A stretch of DNA of 64,000 bases from Camelus dromedarius (Eukaryota), in NCBI RefSeq assembly GCF_036321535.1, contig NC_087438.1, positions 3,226,001 to 3,290,000 on the forward strand, read 5' to 3'. This document shows, piece after piece, positions 13,116-25,480 of this stretch. The notes beneath the pieces are model-generated. The model saw only the letters and a list, made by a program, of their open reading frames with translations, ran no database searches and was not told the DNA's origin. The position numbers and the translations under genes are program-made. Each line of letters opens with the position of its first letter. Position 1 is the first letter of the stretch.

Positions 13116-16100
13116 TGTTTATTTTTCATAATCTTCATGTTGCAAAAGAAGAAAATGAGACCCAGATGATTGGCTCGATTCAGATCACACAGCCAACAGG
13201 AGAGGAAGCCTAAACCACAGCTCTCCGCACCTGCCTCTGCCTTGCTGTTGCTCCCTGAGGGAGCATTTCTCAGAACCAAAGTCTCCCTCCACTGGGGCGT
13301 ATTCCAGACACAGAGAAAAGCTAAAGCACCCCCGGGGAGGGGGGTAATTTTGAGTGGGAAGGGGCTACAAGTGGCCTTGAAGATGGTTTTGCCGAGTCAT
13401 CCTGAGGGACAGCCTCAGGCTTTCCCCCACTTCTTACAGCCTCTTTCATTTTGTCATCATTTATGAAGCATGAATTTTCTAGAAACAACCAGGTTATCCT
13501 GAGAGCTTCTGTCAGTGGCTAAAAAGGCTTTGGCTTTTATAAAGAATAAAGGCAGCTTGGAGGCCGGACACAGGGAATCAGCTTCCCGCCTCCTTAGATA
13601 TTCCAGCTAGATTCAGAGACACCCAAGCCAGGAAAGATCAAGGGTCTCATGACCATCATGATGTTCTAGGGACCCACCCCCAATTTGTGGCAATGTCTCA
13701 CACAGGGTTTCCACTTCCCTTGTGCTTTACCTGCTCAGAATTCATCTCCTGGAAGGGTTTGGGGTATCTCAAGATAAGGTGACGCAAGTTGCAGGGGGCA
13801 GTGTGTCAGGGAGGGCGGTGTGAATCCCTGTGCCGGTGGGACCATCCAGCTTGCCTGGGGTACAGCTCAAGCTGCTTCTCAGTGTAACAGTCCACACCCT
13901 AACTATTGGAGAGAGGTGCATGTGTGTGCATGCGTATAACCACACATAGGTACATACATTCTTGCCATCATTCTGTGTACAATTTTTATCTGATTGTGGT
14001 TTTTATTATATTTTTTCCCATTTTGTCATTATGTCAGCCCTAGTCTTTCCATGTGGCCGTGAAGCCTGACCCTTTCAGTACTAATTAGAGATGTCTAAGA
14101 AGGGAATCTCCCCTTTACCAGCGTCGCCACAATAAACCTTTCTAATCACTGATGTGCTCCCGGGGGTCACATCTCATTACACTGGGTAACTTCATAAACT
14201 GACTTGACAGGCTGTGTGACCACGTGATTCATCAACTTCAAAACCAGGCTTGTGGGGCGGGCAGATCAGCAGGGTGAGCTCCCTTAAAGTGGGTAAGTGG
14301 AGAGAGAAATTTGCACGATTTCATAAATAGTTAAATGCTTCGATCGCTTCCCCATGATAAAAAATGTACCTGCAGCTGGCCTTCTCTCTGAGCGGGTGAA
14401 ATGACGCCGCGGGTGTCACCTGCGAGCCGGGAAGAGGGGAACACTTTATACAGAACGTATTTCATTTCCTGTGGAATTTGGGGTAAAGATAAATGCTCTT
14501 TCCCTAAGTCTCAGCTCCAACTGGTGGCAGGATTGTCATGAGACAGAAGAAGAAGACAAGAGATCTTCTATCGCCCACCCATGTTCACATGAAAATCCCC
14601 AGTGTCTCCTCTACCAAGGGAAACTATGTCCATGCCCGTTCAAGAAACAGTTCCACTCAGAGAAAGCAGGTAATTGTCGTGCTCATACCGACGCCGTGAA
14701 AGTTGATTATTGGTGCTTTGGGCTGGTAAATTGAATTTGGGTATTTTTCTCTTTTTTGCAATTTAAATCAATATAGAAGAATAATTATAATAATATAAAA
14801 GTATTTGCTAGGTGGAATATGTTTTTAAACTCAATCTCTCTAATAAAGCAACACATGCAAGATTCTATATGGTCTAAGAGTTCGATAAAATTATAAATTA
14901 AAACCATGTTTATTATTTACTAGTGATGACTTTCTAAGTGACATAGTCCAAATATATTTGTTCCTCCTTTAATGATACCCACCAACTGGAGGCCTGATGG
15001 GTAGATTTGGAAGGTGGATTATTTGAAACAATTAGTTTAAATCATGATCTAGGATTTTCTTTCAATGAAAAATCCTATTTTTTCCCTCTACCTCAGACTT
15101 AAAAAACAGATAATGTAGAAAAATCCCAAAAGGCAGACATTCTGGCTAGTGGAGGGAAAAGAAGAAAATGCCTGCCTTCCTGCGGAGACGGCCAACCCTC
15201 CAGTCCGTAGATACAGCTCCGGAAACCAGCAGATCCACCACAGCCTCGTCCAACCAGAGCGCTGGCCCCTCAGAAGAAAGGTGAGTCCAGGTGGCGGTGG
15301 CTCCACACTGCACACCCTGAGTACACAGCCCAGGACCCAAGTCTCCAGGGACCACAGGAGTCCGGCTGACCCACCATGACCTGCAAACCTGGTGTCAGGC
15401 CACAGGAAGCCACTGCCCATGTCACCTCATGTCCAGTACCACTTCCAGAACACGTCACAGCGGAACCAACAAAAGAAGAATCACAACTGAATAATGCTGC
15501 CCATGTGTGCACAGGGACACACTGGGCAAACCATCAAAGATTTGGGAAAACAAATGAAAAAGGAAAAGTTGAAAACCATGAGTAGAGGGAAAGTTATAAA
15601 CAGCATAATCAAAGGAGACTCAACCTCTGTATACAGATATGGAAAAGCAAGTTACCCATGCTTCTACACAATGTTTTATAAGATAATCATTAGAAAGGCT
15701 AAAAGGCGAAATCTAGCTGACAATTCATAGAAGTGATAGGAAGAAGAGATGGGGGTGACACATGGTCTTAACAAATCATACAAGTGAGGTTCCAGTTAAA
15801 CTGGACCCTATTATAGAGAGAGAAAAATTAGTTTTTAATGAAACTTACATAATAGTGTATCAAAACATATCAAAGACACACACATGTGCACAACCTTACT
15901 TCAAGTATTAGTGTACAAATCATACGTGGAATATCTGCACAGAGAATTAAGCATACTTAATAACAAGCAGGTTTATGGGTATAAGGAAAGTTCAATAATG
16001 TATTTCCTAACTAGTCAACCATATGCCGACTACATGTAAATAAGTGATCACAACTGATGCTAATGTGGTATGTAAAGGAATTTAACATCAATTTCTAATC

Positions 16101-16468
16101 AAACAAAAAACACTTAAAGTGAACATATAAAACAAAAATGTATAGATAGAGTTTCCTTGAGAGATTGAGAGATGTGTTCTCTCTTGAGCAATAATTTCTA
16201 GTTATCCTTGACTTGACTTGACTTGTCAGCACCCACAGCCCAGAGGGCTTGTGCATGGATCCTAGAGGTTAAGAGATAGTACGGCCAAGAACAGGGGTCT
16301 GAAGACACAGCAAGCCCCATTCCAGCAAGTCAGAGTTCACAGCAACTCATCTCCAGGAAGCAGAGACATTAGAGAGAAGAAACAGGAAGATTTAGGAAAT
16401 TGACCTGGAGGGGGCCCTGGGTCTGACTCACCACAGCCACCAGGGGGCCTTGGGAGACACTGAGAGAC

Positions 16469-16485
16469 GGGGGGGGGGGGGGGGG
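16469..16485. repeat. G17 homopolymer
   Basis: Read directly. Confidence 0.95.
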
Positions 16486-16754
16486 AGAAAACAGATAATT
16501 TTGAGGATCTCAGAGTAGAAAATAATTACTTCTCACTTTCTGCTGGGATCCTGGGAGAAGGCAGCCACAGGGTGGCCCTGACATCCACTCAGGTCAAATG
16601 CAAGGAAGGAGAAATGGTGACAAGACAGGTGTGGGCAAGGAGATTGGCCCCGTGTCCTCTCCTCACGCCCATCAAGACCAGATTCAGAAAATCCTCCATT
16701 CCTCAGAGGTAGAAAGGGTAACAACCATAACCGAAATGTTGCCAACACTGCAGA

Positions 16755-16858
16755 TACCAGACACGTGTTCAGGCAATGTGGCAGGTACTTTACATGCAGT
16801 CACTTATTTGCAATAGAAACCCCTTGAGATCAATATGTTTTTGTACCCATTTTACAGA
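16755..16858 (-). mobile_element. MIR SINE fragment
   Basis: 'ccagacacgtgttc...actttacatgcagtcacttattt...cccattttacaga'. Confidence 0.6.
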
Positions 16859-17314
16859 CTTGGGCCTTCTACTAGCTCACGCATTGTGACAACTTGACTT
16901 CTAATAACTCTTCTTGGCCCAGCGCTATCTCAAGATGCATTCAACTCACATTTTATCCTCTACTTTTTCTGAATATTCCTTAGATCAGTTTCTCAAAATA
17001 GATACACGATTGGCCCACCTTGTCTTCTTTTGTCAAGCCAGATGGCGGTCACGCGCCAGCCTGTGAGCTGCTACCCTTGGCTGATATCTATTCTAACCAC
17101 GTAAGGCTGGAAGTGTGTCCTTGGAGGACAGTCTATGTCTTTCCATCAGCAAGGCACTGGGCAAAATGAGCACCATGGCTAGCATGGACCCTGTGTGCTC
17201 TATTTTAAAGGTGAGAGAGGAAAGACTTAGAAGGGAGACGCAATGGGTAAGGGTCATAACTAGTTCCCCATCACCATCTTGAGATGGTTCCACCTTCTCA
17301 AGAACTATAAAGTA

Positions 17315-17766
17315 GTTGTATATATATAATGGAATGCTACTTGGCTATTAAAAAAAAGAATGAAAGTTTTCCATTTGCAACATCATGGTTGACCCCGGAG
17401 AGTACTATGCTTGGTGAAATAAGTCAGACAGAGAAGACAAATATTATATGGTATCTTTTATATCTGTAATCGAAAAAAAAAAAAAAGCTGTCTAGTGAAT
17501 ATAGCAAAAAAGGAACAGACGATATGGAAAACAAACGAGTGGTTACCAGTGGGGAGAGGGAAGGCGGGAGGGGCAGGAGCAGCCCAGGGGACGGAGAGGT
17601 ACAAACTCCTGTGTGTAAGTACAAGGACACACTGTGCAGCACAGGGAGCAGAGCCAAGGTTTTACAATAGCTATAAATGGAGTGTAACCTTTACAAATTG
17701 TGAATCACTGTGTTGGACACCTGAAACTTATGTAATGTTGTAAATCAGGTATATCTCAATAAAAAA
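17315..17766 (+). mobile_element. L1 3' UTR fragment (L1MA9/laurasiatherian type)
   Basis: 'aatggaatgctacttggctattaaaaa', 'ccatttgcaacatcatgg', 'gtgaaataagtcagacagagaagacaaatat', ending 'acctgaaacttatgtaatgttgtaaatca...ctcaataaaaaa'. Confidence 0.9.
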
Positions 17767-19046
17767 TAGTAAACAATTTAAAATCATTAAAAACACAGTT
17801 ATTTGAACTAGATGTCCGAAACAGATGACTGTTTTCCACTGTGATATTTTGTCACCATTTAACCGCTTTCTGGTTCACCTCTTCTTTCTGCAATATCAGT
17901 TTTTTATTAAAAAGATCAAACTGAACATTTTTTTGATAAATCTGGTCCCAAGCCTAGGCTCCTATCTGAACTATGATAAAGGAACGCCTGAGTGTGGTAA
18001 TAAAATACTTTATACCCAACATAGCTTTGCTCCCTAAAAAAGAGCTCCCGTCCCTCCCACCTCATCAAATACTATTAGGAAATACAGTTTGATTTTTATT
18101 CAATAGTTTGAAGAAAGAAATGAATTTGAGATATTAATATGAAGGTATTAGACTGTTTAAATAAAATTCAATTTATGAATGATTGACCAACTTTAGAAAG
18201 GTGTTTTCTCCTGGACCATTTTAGCTCTTTCTAGGAGGCCAGTAATTTAAATTCATGAATCTATTCAAGACAGTATTAAATAAGTTTATCTGTTTTCTAG
18301 AAGGCTGTCAACTGCCCAATTCATATTCAGTAGTTGATCTAAATGAGGGAGTAACTAGCAAATAAAATCCCCTTATCTGGTCCCGACTGACGCTTTTAGA
18401 TAGTAATGTCCACGGAGATCTCCTTGCCAGGAACACTGTGACTACAATACAAACTTCTAAACTGGCAGCCTCTAAGACAATATATGCTCCTCTTGTGTCC
18501 TTTAGGAAACTGTTGCTGTCCTATACAAACAAAATATATACAAAGGAGCTGTTTCCTACCTAACCCTTTATTATTTACTTAATTGAGAACACAGAAGGTC
18601 CGTGTCATGGAAACCACATGGAGAAATGAATAGCTGACCTCTTCTGACATTTACTTATGAGAACTGGAAATGAAATCACAAATGAACTAAATCAGTAGTT
18701 TGGAATTAATCTCAATCCCCTAAAATGTCCATTTTTTGAATGGAAGTAAACCTGTTACAAAAATTCAGCTAGAATCTACCTGAGAAATGCTACCCTGTGT
18801 TTCTCCCTAAAAATCCAGGCAACTTCTGTTTAGAAAGAGTTGTTAAATATAAAATTATTTCCAGAAAGAGAATCACATTGAGCCTTTCATTTGTATACAC
18901 GTTAACGGAGGCAAACTTCCTTTATTTTCCTGTTAAGAAGCTGTAGATGCACCTAATATATACAGATGGAGTCGATCAATTTGCACTTGTTCCCAACTGA
19001 AGACATTTAACAGTCAACAGAAACACATTTCAAAGTTTAGCCTGGA

Positions 19047-19060
19047 GTGCCCTCTGCTGG
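19047..19060 (-). promoter_or_regulatory. CTCF core motif
   Basis: Reverse complement CCAGCAGAGGGCAC fits CCASYAGRKGGCRS exactly. Motif only, no binding data. Confidence 0.55.
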
Positions 19061-19424
19061 TTATAAAATTAAAAGCATAATAATACACCTCACTATTCAC
19101 ACACAGATTGAATTTACTTCTGTTTTAAAGTTAATCGGGCCAAACCAAATACTACGCCCCTTATAAATGCAATCATATAATTATAAATAGATGTTTTATA
19201 GTGAATGATAGCATATAGTCTCAGATTGATGACAGGTAAGTAGGCACATTGATAGATCGACAGATTTGATCGACTGATTGATAACAGATGAAAGATAGAT
19301 GATTGATCAGAGATTATCTTCACATGGTAAATTCAGCAAGTCCAAGTTCACATTTTCAGTCTTTGATATAAACAGATTTTTTTCAGTGTCTTGTACTTAG
19401 TTGAATATAGTAACTATTCTATAA

Positions 19425-19937
19425 TGTGATGGGTTTGAATTGTCCCCTCCCCCAAACTCGTAGGTTGAAGTCTTAACCCCCAGGACCTCAGAATGTGACA
19501 TTATTAGGAGACAGGGCCACTGCAGATATAATAAATTAAGGCGAGGCCTTGCTGGATTAGGTTCGACCCCTCATCTAACATGAATGACATCCCTCTAAGA
19601 GGGGGACATCTGAATGCGTGCACACACACAAACGCATGCACACACACAAACACACACACACACACAAGCGTGTACCCAGGAAGAATATCGCAAAAAGGCG
19701 GCGGGGTGCAGGCGCACTTCTACAAACCACAGAGCACCAGAGACGGCCAGCAACCCCACAAGAGCCAGGCGAGGGGCCTGGAGCACATTCTCCCTCACAG
19801 CTTCAGAAGGAATCAGCTCCAAACCACATGCTGACCTCCAATTTCTAGCCTCCAGAGCTGCGAGAGAAAAATACGTTTCTGTTTTTCTCCACCACCAGTC
19901 TGAGGTGTTCTGATATGAAGTCCAAGGAAGCGATGCA
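19425..19937 (+). mobile_element. MaLR solo LTR (MLT1C/B-like) with internal CA repeat
   Basis: 'tgtgatgggtttgaattgtccc...gttgaagtcttaacccccaggacctcagaatgtgacattattaggagacaggg', later 'ttctccctcacagcttcagaagga' and 'ttctagcctccagagctgcgaga'. Confidence 0.85.
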
Positions 19938-20204
19938 GGTGCACAGCGAGAAATGCGGCAGTCGTGGCACAGCAAGGTTCGGTGAGGGGCAGTGCAGTGG
20001 CTGCGCCTGCTGGTGCCCGGGGTGGACCCCCAGTTCTGCAGAGGCTGCCTGGTGGGAAACTGCCACAAGCCTCTGCAGTGACGGCATCATCCCCACTCAC
20101 GTGGGAACCTGGCGCTCCAGAGCAGGGCAGGCAGGCGGGAGGGACAGAGCTTGAATTCAGACTCTGCCTCTTCTGCCACGTGCGCTGCCTCCTAGCTCCA
20201 GCGT

Positions 20205-20420
20205 ACGTGAACGTGAATACGTCTGCATGCACACGAGTGCACACAAGTGCATGCGCATGCATGTATACACACATGCACGCATGCCAGGAATACTCTCTCC
20301 CACGTGCATCCATGCACACATGCACACACAATATTCACACGCACACACACGTGTGCTTTACACAGGCACACACAGGCAGCACGCTCTCTCACACACACGG
20401 AGCCACAGTTACATATACAC
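20205..20420. repeat. CA/TGCA-rich low-complexity tract
   Basis: Degenerate (CA)n/(CATG)n read directly. Confidence 0.8.
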
Positions 20421-20664
20421 AGCCCAATGACAGGAACAAAGACCAGAGTTTAAATATATTTCTTGAGAAAATCGATCACCACTTGGCAGTTGCAGTCACT
20501 TCTCTTTCCAGCAGCGGAGAGGGCACTTCCCTCCCGGCACGGGGTTCCACACGGCATCGCTTCCTCTGGTGCTTTCTGCAGCAAGGAAAGGTGCAGGAGT
20601 GAAGACTGTGTAATAGTCTGAGGCACCTTCTTTATTTTCATGTGAATACATTCGTGTAGATATG

Positions 20665-20765
20665 ACTGGATTAATTTTCTGTGGCCGCTATAATAATTTG
20701 CCACAAACTGAGTGACTTAAAATAGAACACGTGCGCTGTCCTGGTTCTGGAGTCTGGTGTCTGAC
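20665..20765 (-). mobile_element. MLT1 LTR 3'-end fragment
   Basis: 'attaattttctgtggccgctataataatttgccacaaactgagtgacttaaaatagaac...gttctggagtctgg'. Confidence 0.65.
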
Positions 20766-21210
20766 CTCCGTGTGCCTTCCACTCAGGACTTCATTTCTTG
20801 CTGAAAACAATGCTAGGAAGTTTATAAACTTGCCCAGATGGAGGAATGCTCTGTTTCCCTATTTACTTAAAGTGCATGCTTCAGATACAAAGAAAAGTAC
20901 AATCAAAATGGAAAAAGGAATTCCAGTGTAGTCTCTAAGATATTTAGGCCCTCAACAGATGTGCCATTTTTATTATTCTATGAGATAGCAGACTCAGAAC
21001 TAAGAGAGGACAGGATGAACTTGGTTTCTAACTGTGCCTCTTTTGAGCTCACTGCTGTTAACGTGGTACAATCTACTGACAAAGATTATCATCGAAATAT
21101 ATTAAAAGTCCACCTAAGTCACAAAGGAGGGAATGTAGGATTTCTGAGAAAATCTTGTCACCTGCATTTAAACATTTAAGGGACGTTAAATATCGCTTCT
21201 GATCTGCACG

Positions 21211-21224
21211 CCACCAGGGGGCAC
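21211..21224 (+). promoter_or_regulatory. CTCF core motif
   Basis: CCACCAGGGGGCAC(TG), a near-optimal consensus match. Motif only. Confidence 0.65.
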
Positions 21225-24200
21225 TGCCGAGCTGGGAAGGACACCGTGGGCCTTGAATACATTCTCACACAGCTTCAGTGGAAAATGGGAGTGGCAGGTG
21301 GGGACTCTGTCAGGATCTTACCCCAGATCTTTGGGGACGGCAAGGGAGTGTCTCATGAGGCCAGTTTAACAGTGTGGACACAAGATCTCTAGACACTTTT
21401 CACTTGCAATGATTTTCTCCTTTTCCAAAATCGTCTCTGAGCAAGTGAGTCTCCACTTCCTGATTCACTACTCTTTACTGAAAAGTTTTATCATCCCCTT
21501 TGAACAGCAACAGACAAGAGTCACATCCACATTTGGTTGTTTCTTGGGTTCTGGGTAAATGGCCCCAGGAAGCCACTGCCCGTGGTCCAGGAAGGCTCTT
21601 CCGGGAACCCCGGCCAGAGACTGGAAGCAGGGAAGGGGGGGCCCAGGGAACTCAGGGGGAACAAGCCTGAGAAGACTGACCAGGTCGGACACTGGCCCTC
21701 AAGGTCCCCCCGCCCCTGGGGAGCAGAGCGAGCCTGGAGCAGGCAGGTCAGGGACGTAGGGCTGGGAGGAGGCAGCTCCCCAGACTCTCAGTTTTCACTA
21801 CCTTCCCTCTCTCCACAGCGTGACACTTGTTACTGCTGTCAAATTACCTGACGTTAGCATCGCAACACGTCTAGATTTGTTGACCTACCACGTATGCTGC
21901 ACGGGGCATGAGAACCCAGCGATCAGACACTTGGTGTCTCTGCCCCTGACCCTGTTGGTCCCCTGTCTCTCTGCTGCGTGAATGGCCCTGCACCCTACCA
22001 CAGGACGTTTTGTGCTGTCCCATCCTGCTAGGCACGGGCGAGCCTGCCTGAGGACAGAGGATGGGCCCCCCTCCTGCACGCGTGCTGTAGTTCCCTGAAG
22101 ACAGACGCACCGAGTTGTCGTCACTCCTCAGCGCTAACTGGATGCGCCCTGGGCACGACCTGCTAAGCCCCGCTAAGCCCTGCCTTACCTCCCACCCACC
22201 GGGAGAAAGCTCGTGTGAGCCAGACCGCGGAGCCCTCACCCAGGTGCTGGCGCAGCCCGGGCGGGCCGTGCCTGGACACACGCACAACCGCGCTCACGCT
22301 GGTGACCAGGCCACACAGAATCAGGCTTTCTAGTGGTTTCCACCTCTGGCCTCTTGTCCACCACTTACCCCCAAATCTGGGTCTCACTCCCACCCATCGC
22401 AGATGGCAGAAGTGGCAGTGAGCCCCTTGTCCCCCCATTCTCCTCCCAACACCTTCACCTGTCCTTGGACGTGGGGCGGGTAGTGCTGCACGTGGTCAGA
22501 TCTCTCCGAATGATGCCTGCACCCGCCCGCCTGCCTGACGCTCACGTCTCCAGGGCTCTCTGACGTGCACCTGCCTTGCTTGTCTCCCAAGAAGATAACC
22601 CAAGAGAATCCGAGCTGCCCGGCCCCTTGACATCCCTGGCAGACTCCACGTGGAGACTCTGGGGCAGTATCTCCCCAGCCCATCTCAGAGGGCGGGTGGG
22701 CTCTGACAGGGCCTCAGCTCAGCCTCTTCCTCACCCACTGTGGGGCTGGGTCCTCAAGCCTCTCAACACATCCGTGTAAGGGCTCCTGGGAAAAAAAGCT
22801 AGGGCCACAGCCTCCAAATCTCATGTACGTACTATACGTACGATGCTCAGATCTGGAGACAAACATCTGGGCGGAACAGCCGTCTTCAAATACGTGAAGG
22901 TCTGTCCTGCAGGAAGAGGGGAAACAGAATGACTGGGTTCAGAGCCGTCAACATTCCTCCTCAAGACGTGACTGCGCCCAGGATACCAAGTCCTGTCTCC
23001 GTCCCTTCAGTGAGAGCATTTATTGAATATATTTCTTAGAGTTTAACATATAAACATGCTTTCAGCGTCTGCTACCTGCTCCGGAATATCTCTTCTATAG
23101 ATACTTGCTCCTGTGTACTGACATCCCCAGTGTTCCCACGAGAGAGTTACCTCTTTAAAACAAGGACTTTGTCCTTAAGAGCACCCAGCACAGTGGTTAT
23201 CGTTTTTAGAAAAGAAAGGGAAGAAGCCATAAAGTAGATGTTAAGGAAAGATCTGAAGAATGAAAAACAATGTGTGAAGTTTCCTAAAAGACATTCCGTT
23301 CGAAATGTGTAGCAGCCTGCTGGGAACTCTCCAGTATTTGCCACCATGTCAATACCAGAATTTGTGAGTATCTTCAGAGGAAAAGAAAAACCTTAGGAAT
23401 TGAGGAATTAAGAAAAAAGAGTTCAGAAATTTAATTAAATATTTGCAAATGTGGGAAAAAGAAGGATCTACACAAAAATATCCATGTGTTCATCTTGATG
23501 AAAGAGGCAGTTGGATATGCACTCTTTTCATGTTTCTGTATTTTCCATATTTTCTTTAACAAACGCACTGTTTTAATTAAAAAAAAACCTAAAATATGTA
23601 AATACAAAACAAGTAGATAAAAGATTTATATTCTGAGATTCATAAAAATAATATGGAAGTCAATGTCTTTGATGCTCTCCTATAAATGTAACTATGAAAA
23701 TCTCCTTTGACTCATATAACATGAGTTTGAAATTTGGCTCAGGGCTCCCTGGAGTTTTAAAGCGTCTCCAGCCCCACAGTGCACGTCCTGAGAGGAAGAA
23801 GGGCCAGTGGAAGTTACTGCATTGTGAGTCCAGTGATGTAACCTGCAGTCGGGCACTGAAATTGGATCTAAATGTGGATGGACGCACCTGAGGCGGCGCA
23901 GGTCCATTCGGACTGACAGTGAGGGGCAGCACTTGTGTCCCGCCTTGTGCATGACGGCCGGCGATGGCCCTGTCCTGTCCCTGGACCATTCACAAACAGC
24001 GTGGAGGGGTAAAGGGGGTCTCATTCAGAATCCAGCCGGTGGCACTCACCTAGCAAAATTTCAGGTCCAAACCTGCACCCACCTTGAGGGAAGTCTGCCC
24101 TGGAGTTGGATCTGACTTTTCTCGGCTCTGCATCCAAGCCACACAGACGCGTGGTGGAGCTAAAACCGTGCCTGCCTTGTCACAGGAGAACAGTTAAACG

Positions 24201-24499
24201 CAAGCCTTACCACGACGCGCTTCCTTCTCCTGGAAAACAAAGCCATGTTTCAGGTCCTGCAGGTCCTAGAGGAGTCAGTTCGGCAAAGTGTTAGCTAAGC
24301 CTAAGTCCCTGGTGTGGAAAGGGAGACGTGTCTGGATCACACAGGCAGGGGCCGTCGGTGGATAACGAGGCTTCTGCTAACAGGCTGTCGTGACAGAGCA
24401 GTGGCTATGCGAAGGCAGAAGTAAACGCTGCGTAAGTACGCACTTAGTTATAATACCTAAATATGCAGGCTTGGTGTTTGCTCATGTCTCGTGCCCCCG

Positions 24500-25060
24500 A
24501 GGGTGGGATGACGCGCACAGGCATTCCCACCAGGACATCCAGCCGCCCGGACCTGCGCGGGTCCCGCTGCGGTCTCCGAGGGTCGGCGCTGCCTGCCCGG
24601 GAGACGGAGCTGGGGCGGGGGCGGGGGCGGGGGCGGGGGCGGGGGCGGGGGCGGGCCCACCCGCATGCGTGCTCTCCCCCCCGCGCATGCGTGCTCCCCC
24701 CCGCGCATGCGTGCTCTCCCTTCTGCGCATGCGTGCCCTCCCTCCCGGCACCCGCGCTGGGCGCCCCGCGCGCGCTCCCGAAGGCGTCTCCCCAGCGCTG
24801 TCACCCACTTCTCCTCCTGTCCCGCCAGTGTGGCCCCGCTTAGGGGAAATTGGAAAGATAACATCATTAATGAGGTTTTTTAAGTCATACATCCCCTTTT
24901 CACACTCAGAGTTTTTACACGTCGGCAAGAGGCCAGAAGCGTTACCGACTTGGGGCGCCTGCAGCCCAGGCTCGGGCTGGAAGGCGCAACGTGCCAGCCA
25001 CGCCCGGAGCCCCAGGGCTCCGGCCGTGGCACACGGTTTCACGAGGCTTGCGCACGCTTC
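24500..25060. promoter_or_regulatory. CpG-island-like promoter with Sp/KLF GC-box array and tandem NRF1 motifs
   Basis: Very CpG-dense. (GGGGGC)n at 24612-24655 contains 7 GGGCGG boxes; CGCATGCGTGC occurs at 24662, 24684, 24704 and 24726. Confidence 0.7.
24612..24740. repeat. (GGGGGC)7 hexamer array followed by 4 copies of a ~21-bp unit
   Basis: Read directly; unit spacing is 22, 20 and 22 bp. Confidence 0.95.
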
Positions 25061-25480
25061 TGGTTTCTTTGACTGCATAAGAGACGTCCCCACACTTGGC
25101 GGCATTAAGCAAAAACCACGGTATGATGCTCGTGGATTCCGTGGGCCAGGAATTTGGACGTGACCCAGGGGACTGGCTTATCCCTGGTCCCCCACCGAGG
25201 GGATCTGGGGCCTCGGCTAGGAAGACGGGTATGGCTGGAGTCCTCTGCAGGTCCCTTCCTCCACGTGGCCGGCGGGGCTCAGCCTCCCTGGCCTCTCCTC
25301 GAGACCTGCCTGCTCTAGGTGCCCGGAGACGTTCTTCAGAGGAGCTGGGTCCTTTTCAAAATTTCATTTCAGAAGTTCTGCCGCACTGTCTTGGTGGAAG
25401 GGCACAGAGCCCCACCCAGGTTCAAGCGGAGGGACGTAGACCCCAGGTCTCCATGGAAGGCTGGCCCTCTGTCATTTTGG
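25055..25480 (-). mobile_element. Old MaLR LTR (MLT1F/H-like)
   Basis: 'gactgcataagagacgtccccacacttggcggcattaagc', 'tgctcgtggattccgtgggccaggaatttgg', 'ctggggcctcggctaggaagac', 'ttctgccgcactgtcttgg...cccacccaggttcaagcggaggg'. Confidence 0.65.

Noticed and set aside
14538..14669. Plus-strand ATG...CAG|gtaatt candidate exon (MRQKKKTRDLLSPTHVHMKIP...)
   Set aside because: Peptide not recognised and no compatible downstream exon found; insufficient support.
15500..16130. Possible very old L1 remnants
   Set aside because: A-rich and suggestive, but too degenerate to call by eye.
19580..20602. Cluster of long His/Thr/Cys/Val-rich ORFs
   Set aside because: Derived from CA/TG low-complexity tracts and an MLT1 LTR.
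24662..24740. CRISPR-like repeat-spacer array
   Set aside because: Eukaryotic context, 11-bp core with near-identical C-rich spacers and no cas genes; it is a minisatellite.
24390..25163. 257-aa ORF (and overlapping ORFs) across the CpG island
   Set aside because: GTG start; the GAGAGA/poly-Pro/RG stretches come from the GGGGGC repeat; GC-rich DNA lacks stops; the 3' end runs into an MLT1 LTR.
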